From Balanoglossus misakiensis (lineage: Eukaryota; Animalia; Hemichordata): a DNA stretch of 64,000 nt. The position numbers and the translations under genes are program-made. Below are positions 55,168 to 64,000 of the stretch, piece after piece. The number at the start of each line of letters is the position of its first letter. Within the stretch, counting starts at the first letter, position 1. Below the pieces are notes generated by a model. That model was not told where the DNA came from, made no database searches, and worked only from the letters and a program-made list of their open reading frames with translations. Location: contig CM082579.2 in NCBI GenBank assembly GCA_040954595.2, positions 3,771,227 through 3,835,226 of the forward strand, in the 5' to 3' direction.

Positions 55168-56399
55168 TCTTACTTTGTCCTGAGCGACCCTTGCTTTGTA
55201 CAGTGGCCCTTCAGGACACGGATTCATATAGGCCTATTTGGAAAGCACGTGACCCAACTGCTGGACTCGGGCTGCGTTTCGTCGAATATCGCCATGACAA
55301 CAACGGCGACCAGCAGTAGATGACACGTACTGTGAACAGTCCTTGAACATTGGACAGCAATAGTCGATTTAGGGTGATGCGTCCGATAACATTTATATTG
55401 TCAGCATTTAATATTGATGTAAAATATATTTATATCGATACACAATGCATAGATTAGTCATAAGGTACACATTTCGGGTCTAACTGATGTTGACCTAAAT
55501 ATCTATTAATAATAAAGTATCCAAAATTTGGTACGAATTTCCGGATGAGGTGTAACTGTACGTAATTTGTTGATTTCGAAAACTCAACTCATTGGATATT
55601 CTCCTAGATCCTACATATTACATGATAAAGGGTTCTCTGCATTGTAACTGTTTCCCTTTCTTCTCAAGACTTAGAATCGAGTCAAATTTTAAGGATTTGG
55701 TTTAGGAAATACATGCCCCCAACCCAACATGTACTGAATCACCCGCTGGGTGGGGTGGGGTAGGGGTAGGGACCTTCATACTGACTACTGTATGAAGACA
55801 GCGACAATGGGTGAACTGGTTATAACGGATTGGTCACTAATTGTTGATATTTCCTGGTGAGGCTACATGCATGCCCGCTCATTGAACCCCATGAGCGATA
55901 CTGGTGTCACAGTGGTCAGCCGTGCGATAACACAGCGCCATCATGCGATTGAACCTTCCAGGATACAGGTTTTGACACTGACAGCAAGGGAAGCTGTTTA
56001 GTTTGAAACTTCAGAGGAATTTTCTAGTAAAGTCTTCCGCAAAAATAGTAACAGATAAATCGAGAGTGAAAACGTTTCTAAATTTCTTCTACAAAATACA
56101 GTAAAGACACTAAGTCATTTTCCCTGCTGCTTATAGTATGCCCCGACCAAATACCGATATTGCGCGGCCGGTTAGAAACCACAGCCTGAATACGTGTAAT
56201 GACAAATGGTATTGTTGAAACTACAAGATGATTTGAAAAGTAAGCATTCAATGAATTAACTTTTGGACGTCTCTATTGACCAACGCGACGATCATTTCTA
56301 AATAATGAAAGCGGCGGGTCAAAGTGACATTGTATTCTTTCGCGCGCACTCGGTGGAGAGTTATCGATTCCATGAATAATTTACAAATTGTGTTCTTCC

Positions 56400-57543
56400 A
56401 ATGAAAGACATCCCCACACCATTGGCATTCGCTCCTGACGGTCTCAGAAACCGCGCCGGGAGAAAGATTCCATCTTCTATCGTCTTCCCTTTTTTCAGAC
56501 GCGACTTATTTGTGGCGGGTTGGATCTACTGTCCGCGTTGCTGTAATGTTGAACGCCCATCACAGGTGCGGGTGTTCACCTTCACGATAGCGTATCGCTG
56601 GCCGGCCGAACATACGCTAATTTTATCCCAAAAAATCCATACACGCTCAACTCAAAAGCGCCAACCGGAAGGGACTTCAGAGACTGATCGAAAACCCGGA
56701 GCACTCTCTGTCCTATTTCATTCCCCCGTCGAACGCGGCGAGATTAATCTCTTATATCGACGGCCTTGAAACAGTGGGCTTCTGCCGTGCTCTAACGCAA
56801 ACTCGTAACGAGGTTGTAGGTTGACTATATGTAATTAGTGTAAAATTACGTTTCTGGCACGGACTCAACTACTCTTGAAGTATGCGGATCGCCGTCGTCG
56901 GTGCCAACCAGTCGTGCACACCTCCGTCGTGACGCATGCCGTGCCCAGCGCGTTCTCTCCGGGAATTACGCGTCTGACGTCACAGGCAACCAAGCCGGCA
57001 AGTATACTCTCGTAGTGATAAGGTGTACCGCACTGCGGAGTTATCATCGGACTTGTATGTATGCACCTTGAATGTCCGGCCCTGCCAGATAAGCCGATGA
57101 AGTTCCGTCATCGCGTGGACCGGCGTAGCGGGGATCGATAGGCTTTGTGTTTGAACACAGATGTGCGAATTGCCCTTTCTGAATCCAACGTTCTCTACCA
57201 AAGCCAGGCTGCTTTACACTTTCTTAGTGCAAGTGTCTTGTCCGCGCTTCCAGTCTTCCGAAGATACATTCTCGAGACGTTGTTATGGGCGACCGCGCTG
57301 AAATTTTATGTTGAGGACTTGTCTTCACGAACCGGCGAGCGTGAACAACGCCGAGGGCGACACCAGGCCAATTACCCCGAACGGACTTTTGTTGCCAGAG
57401 AATTGCAGTACATGAGTCTCGAACACAGCCCCAGAGAAAAGGAACAGCCGCCTCGTCGTCTCGACAATCGCATCGCGGAGTCCTCCCCCGTTTTGCGGTT
57501 AGTTTCATGACCCGCTCTCCGACGCAGAAGCGAGACCACGAAG
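56400..57543 (+). promoter_or_regulatory. CpG-rich promoter/5' UTR region of the TNFR-like gene
   Basis: High CpG density, CRE palindrome TGACGTCA at 56975-56982, kB-like GGGAATTACG at 56961-56970. Confidence 0.4.
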
Positions 57544-57727
57544 ATGCAGTCGCTGTTCCCAGCGCTAATGTGTGCACTCGTCTGCGTGCTGGGCTTGGCC
57601 GCAGCGGGTCCCGGTGGCGGGAGCGCGTGTGAGGAGGGCGAGGCGTGGAGTTCCGTCGTCGGGAAATGCGTCAGCTGTGATCTGTGCAAGGAGTTCCCCG
57701 ACGACTTGGCGTGCGAGAATTGCAGCG
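57544..57727 (+). CDS. TNF receptor superfamily-like protein, exon 1 (signal peptide plus one Fn14-type cysteine-rich domain); partial
   Basis: Signal peptide MQSLFPALMCALVCVLGLAAA, then CEEGEAWSSVVGKCVSCDLCKEFPDDLACENC (C-x12-C-x2-C-x2-C-x8-C-x2-C). Kozak aagATG, donor AGC G|GTGAGT, CpG-rich upstream region. No transmembrane exon found in the window. Confidence 0.75.
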
Positions 57728-58020
57728 GTGAGTACTTAAGGACATTGGTAGTGTTATACGTTGCTCTTTTATAATACTCTCCATAAGTGCATACCTACAA
57801 ACCATAACACTCTTCCCTATAGGCGCGATCATATAAAATAAATCACCGAGGGACCAGTGTATGGAAAGACTACATCTCACTAACGTTCAAGACGTGCTCG
57901 AAGAATTACATGAAATATGTAGCCACAACTGAATCCATGTTACCACAACCATAACCCACGGGTTTCGGGAGGGGGTGTATCCTATTGTGCAGTCAATTGA
58001 AATTAAATCAATGTATCTAT

Positions 58021-58165
58021 GAGACAGATTGAGAGAGAGGCAGGGACAGAGATACAGAGAGAGAGACCGAGAGACACAGATATAGAATGAGAGAGGCAGA
58101 TAAACAGACAGACAGTCAAAATGCAGAAGGTAATTCAAAGAGACAGGGACAGATAGACACAGACG
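58021..58165. repeat. Degenerate GA/GACA low-complexity tract
   Basis: Read directly; in intron 1 of the TNFR-like gene. Confidence 0.7.
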
Positions 58166-61100
58166 AAGGGAGAGTGAATACTCGACCCATCATCAAGATT
58201 TCATCTATAGAGGGGAATATCACAGGCACAGGAAAACGAATTAATGTACGTCAGGTTTGCGACAGGAGGCGAAAACGCACAACGTCTTCTAATCATACGT
58301 GTTCCGTGTTACGACCCCAAATGAATGAAACGACCAAGATTAAACGTCAGTTCTAATAAATAGCGGGAAAACAGATGTTCCTACTGACCATTCATACTGA
58401 TGCATGGGTTATCTCGTTCAGTTGAGCGAGTACAGGGCACCCATACTCAACGAGAATTCACCCAGACACCTTATCAGTGGCACATGCGCAATGTTGACGC
58501 CAGAAAATCGGGACGAGTTTCCGAATTTTCCCTCGGTTATAAAAAAAAAAGCGAATCGGGGATCAGTCGCCTCCGCTCGAGTTGACAAGATCAGACGATT
58601 TCGTCGACACGCATTCGTAAATGTCATAAATGACGCATTTATAGTTTAATATCTAAGATTTAATAATCTTCTTAGATTAATTTCTCGGTGAGGTCAGAAA
58701 TGCTTTGTCTACAACCTGGCAGCTTTGAGATGAGAATGGCGTCTGCCAGCGACTTGGACTCCGTGACCGTCGACCATAAATCATTACTAACACTCGATCA
58801 CCATGAATGCGATGGGGGGGGGGGGGTAAGATTAAATGACTGAAATCACGAATTAATTAAAAATGGCGAGTCTAGTCTTAAAAGGCAGCAAAGGCGAAAT
58901 CATGACGGCATTTATCTTAATAAAGTAATAATTTTATGTTAAGTTATTTTTTAAGAAAGGAACATTTTCCGTGTGGGAGTTATATTGCAAAATTGTGCTT
59001 CTAAAATTTTAAATTGGTGTTATTTTACAAATACGTCAACGCAGTCGGCAATAGTGCGTGTTCATTTCACAGCTTATATATCACAAAAGCCGTTGATATC
59101 AAATGTTCAATTTTGGTGGTAGTACGTCTTTCGTGTGGTCGTCTTGTATTGTGGAACGTATTGAAAACGTTGCATAACCCCCGGGGGCACCAATACAGTA
59201 TGTGTATTACATGCGAGGACAACAGGTGGTCTGTCGAAATGACTGGTACTCTGTTTAACTCTGGTTAGCGGGTATAATACAACAAGAGTTTACGTAATAT
59301 AAGAGCAGCCGGGCTGAACACATCCACGTCATTCAACGCGTCTCTCGATGGCCAGCTACGTGCCAAACTGAGAACAAGATGAAAAGCAAAGCCGAGAGTC
59401 TATCAAGTAATTCAAATCTAAGACATCTGGGAAGACAAGACTGCTTTTATCTTAAATAGCCAGCAAATGTCTGACACTACACAGCGCTAAACACAAAACG
59501 TAATTGCCCGTATCCCTGGGTGAGAAACACGTCATAATACTCGACTAGGGCAGTTTACTTGCTTTCTTTTTTTATCAAATGAACTGGTCTGGTGGAAAGT
59601 CTTGCCAATCCAGCCTTAAAAGATAGACAAAAAAACTGATTTAAATTGTGTCGGACTGTGTGTAAAATTTCATAAAAATAAATTCGCAATGTCTGTGATA
59701 GGCAACTCCCACATTCTCTTAGAGCGTGTGCACCCTTGAAAGGGGCGCCTGGCAAAATATCCAACATTTCAAGCCGTTCATATTCACTCTTTTATTTATT
59801 TTCCCAACTGCTTAAATATTCCCATTTAATATTCAATAAATAGTGTCGTGCAAAGAAGGATATGTCACCAGTGTATGCCAATATTTAATTTAAGATATCA
59901 CTTACATGCTGAGATTTTTTCAGGTTCAATTACTATTTTGTTCCAAAGTAAATAAAATTTACATTATGTTAATTTTTAGCTAGAGACAAAATAGTGTAAT
60001 CTATAGGAAAATGTTTAACCGTTTAAAATAGATTATAGGTCTGACTCATATTATAGTTTGCTCGAAATGACGAAGTCTCTAAAATAACGTTGCTAGTAAA
60101 TATACGATATTTTAAAGAAGTTACCACGACCATTTCAACGCAGTTGCGTTGTTCGATTCTTTCACTTGAACAATCAGTTTCTACACGATATTCATGCATG
60201 GCGTAAGCACATTTTATATGCATATAAGTTTTATTTGTCGTCTGCTAGGTTTACCTGTCGTGTCGACGAGACGTCATTTCCGTGTGGACCTAAACGGCAA
60301 ATAAAACTCTGTATGCAATTGAAGCAATTGAACCGCGCACTCTTTCTGGGAAACGTGGGAGTGTTGTGCTTTCATGTGATTAGAGTTTCGTGACTTCCTT
60401 CACCGATCGAAGACATTTGTATATTAGCTTGCTTCAAGAAAGTCAACTTAGTTAACAGGATGATCTATCGCCGAGAGATCTCACAAAGACTCGGCGAAAT
60501 TGCTTCGAACAGATTTAACTAAAAATTGTCACCGAAGAAGTGCTGGGGTTAGAATTCTTGAGTGACCGACTCGAGCGAGGTTACCCGTACGTCGAAGGAA
60601 TTGGTGCCTTTTAAAGCCAATTACGTTTGATTTAATCACAAAAAGCCATGTCGCCTGAGAATGCTACGTGACTCTGATCTTAAAGTAACGACTGCTGCAT
60701 AAATGCGAGAACGGATCCCGTGGCTTAGCTTTTCAGTGAACGATGTTTAGCTTTTAAAAACATGACGGGCGCTGTACTTTCGCCCCATTCGAAATGTAAA
60801 AGAGGTATCGTGCTGTATTTTTGTACCCGCTCTGCAGTTCTATCGAGGACCAATTAAACGAATGTGATGTGTGAAAGCACTGGCGGGTCTGATTTAAGTT
60901 AGGTATCTCCGAAGTTCGCCATCGCGTCGCCAGTATATCAGACACATACCGAGCAGCCATTGCTACGCGTCCCATTCGACACGCGCGCTCTAATTAGACG
61001 GTTCTGATGAAATGAACAGAGCGGTGCTGATGTTGACGGTTTCAATCAGACGCCACGAGCTGCATTTCACAAAGTAGATTGTTGAAAACGAGAATTTTAA

Positions 61101-62821
61101 CGTACGGCTGAGTTTTAAGCATGATTTTTAAAAAATCGGACATGACCATCAAAATAGTTTCATGTGTTGCTTGGTTGAAAACTCAGTTCACCGTCACAAG
61201 TAACATATTGCTATGACACACGAAATGGTCATCCTGGTAGACTCCATCTTAGGTCGCGGTCTAGAAAATGTGACCCCGTGCTGTTTGACTTTACTAAGAA
61301 ACTCCCAATAAAGTATAATCGATTATGCATGCAAATATTATTGAAGGTTTCATAAATGTCAACAACCCATTATATGATTATGCAATCGAAAGTATACCCG
61401 GCGGATCGACATTCAAATTTACAGATACATTTGCTTTGTGCACGATCGCAAGCGTTTTTCTCCATTCATTCGCAATTTCCCCTCATAAATCGACGTTTTC
61501 CGGAGATAAAATCTACACAAGCGGAGATTTAGTGATAAATGTCAATTCAAACACCGCATTTATTTATTGTATCCTCCGATTGGCAAATGGACAGCCGAAC
61601 TTCATAGATCTGTAGTAGTGCATGTTCACCGACTGTGAAAGTTTTATCGCTGTTGATACCAACAGAGTCTAACCGACAGTTCCGTCGTTCTACAGTATAC
61701 ATGCAGTATCGACACGTGGACTGAGAACCTTCACAACAGCTCAGATGACAACAATTTAGGCCACAAGACGTCCAGCGTTGAAACATGCCAGACTCGAGCA
61801 ATGATGTAAGCACCGTGAAAATTTAACATTGTCGTGAAAGTGATGAGTTGAATTTAGAGAAAAACGTCACGCAGTATTTTCTATGGTGACAGATGCAAAT
61901 TACTGCACACTTTGCTGCCAGAAGAGTGCGCATGACACCAATTAAGTTAGCATTGTACATCATATAGCACGTGTACAATCCTGCCAAGGTAATAAAGCTA
62001 ATTTATATTGATAAGATCTACTTTACTTTCTGCGCTAAAAGTAGTCGGACAGAACTATATCGATTGTAGAGCTAACGTACGCTGTACTCTAAATGCAAAT
62101 TAGAAGATGGGGTCTCTTAATTGTAGGTCACAGTGCCAAATATTCGTGTGTGATATCCCCTCCCCCTTTCCCGAATGTTGTCTGGGACTCCCTCTGTGCA
62201 GATGACATCAACCACATGAGCGTAAATTATCGGTAACAAGCGACTCGTCTACAAGTGCAGTCACATTTGCAAATCGGTGCCACAACCGCTGGGAGTCAAA
62301 CTAACAAAACAAAGAGCGTCAAATAAAGCCCTGAGAATGTATAAAATTGATATCAGAGGACCATCCTTTCCTCATGCTTATGATTTCATGTCAAAGAACA
62401 CAGGGTTTAGTGCCGGTCTCAGTTGCATGATTATGAAATTGTCAATAAATCAGTTTTCGCATTAAATTTAGAAATAAATCATTTTAAAAATAGAAAAGCC
62501 AGGCAGGTTTTAACTTTTCTGGTTCAGTTCCAGCTGGCTTCAGGTATAACGCTAATGGCCTTCGTGTACTTACTAAGTAATTGATAAAAATGCCGAGAAA
62601 TCTAGTGGAGAAATACTGCGTCATCAATTGCCATTTGGAACGGGCACCTCGTCAAATGTCAATCACAGATCTTCACAAAGGAGGTGACTTGAACTGTCTG
62701 GGGAATTAATGGACGATCATTCAATGCCCATCTAGCTATTTTAAGATTTAGGGACATTTTCGCCTTTCATTGGCATTTCTCTTATCTGTCGTTTGTTGTA
62801 TGTCTAGTTTCCAACTTGGCA

Positions 62822-62892
62822 TCTCTCTCTTTCTCTCTTTCTCTCTCTCTCTCTCTCTTACTCCCTCCCTCCCCCTCTCCCCCCTCTCTCTC
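62822..62892. repeat. CT-rich microsatellite
   Basis: Read directly. Confidence 0.85.
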
Positions 62893-64000
62893 AAACACGT
62901 CATGTATGTACATAGGGATCTAGCGCCATCAGCAATGGAATGCACAGGTGTCCGTATTCGGTGTGCAATCATCGAGTTCCTAAACAAACAACATTTAAAA
63001 TCTCAATCTATAACGGATATAAATTAAATTTTGCTTTCAGTCGGTGACAGTATTGAGTTCGGCAAATGCAGGAGAACCTTTCGATTTAAGCGCAGGCGCA
63101 TTAACCGCACCGGTGTACACACGGCACGTGGTGTTTTCTTAAACGCTGCTTAGGCCCTACTCGGAATATTGAGCGGTGGCGAAAAGGAGATTGATATTCG
63201 ACGCTGGAGCGATTACTTTCTAACTCTCTCTAGTAAACTTAGTTTGTATTTGTTCGCCATCATGGCCCATTTGGTAATCAGTGACCACTTATTAACACCG
63301 CGCGCGCACTGGATCGAAACTCGCACGATCCCAATATCGTCAGGGAGGCGATGGGCAAACAAAATACTAAAATCTATAACGCAATTTGTATTTCCGACTA
63401 TAGCTTCAATCATTACACTGTAATGCGATTAAACGTATTGATAGTAAGTAGCGCATTTGATTATTTTTTTCCAGTTATCTGAGAGGTAGGTCAGCTCTTC
63501 GTTTGATTGTGGGTGAGTTACGCTGCCACTAATTCACATCGCGTACGTAGGCGGTTTTCCAAGACGATCGCCTTTGATACAAACGTGTCTCCAAATACAC
63601 AACAAACACCACACATTTTTGGATGATTGAAATTCACATTTTACATGCTATACCAACAGATCAATGGCGTTCTTAATTCGTCTGTATGTATTAACAAAAA
63701 ACTGCCCATTCTACATATCTCGGAGTTAAAGAGGAATAAAATATGAGAAATAAAAAAATATCGAATGGGTGATGATGCTGAAATAGCTCTCGGATATCAG
63801 TATGTAGTTGTGTTCTTAGGCTTCTAATTAGCATCAATAGATCTAGATGAGGATTTGAAGTTTTCCTCGTTGTTGGGCAAAAATTGCCAGGAGGGATAAT
63901 TTGTGTTGATATTTGTCTCAGTCATAATTGAGAAAACGCGAGTTAGTCTCCAAAATGTGGAACGCAAGCTTTAATAATTTAAAACTTCAGCGATAGCACA

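Noticed and set aside
55168-55227. Upstream ATG extension of the TRIM ORF (MNPCPEG...)
   Set aside because: MATAES at 55167 has a better Kozak context and the family-typical start just before the RING.
53570-55323. Long plus-strand ORFs of 128-184 aa
   Set aside because: Antisense shadows of the TRIM coding sequence with no recognisable motifs.
55860-55970. Possible tRNA-derived SINE (B-box-like GGTTCAATC on minus)
   Set aside because: No convincing A box, cloverleaf or tail.

Overview
Eukaryotic, intron-containing animal DNA. Gene style suggests an invertebrate deuterostome, probably an enteropneust hemichordate (inference). Left two-thirds: the 5' end of a dachshund (DACH) gene on the minus strand. 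Its DD1/SKI-SNO exon lies at 21088-21510, with an in-frame upstream exon candidate at about 24 kb, an intron of more than 21 kb running off the left edge, and a ~19 kb CpG-rich gene desert upstream. Right third: a complete multi-exon CCDC138 (minus) sits head-to-head with a complete 9-exon NAXD/CARKD (plus) across a ~280 bp bidirectional promoter. Next is an intronless RING-Bbox-Bbox-coiled coil-filamin-NHL TRIM gene (minus), split by one frameshift at the filamin/NHL junction. Last is the first coding exon of a TNF-receptor-like gene whose single cysteine-rich domain has the Cys spacing of vertebrate Fn14/TWEAKR. No rRNA, tRNA, CRISPR array or intact transposase was seen. All calls are from reading by eye and recalled family knowledge; no searches were run.
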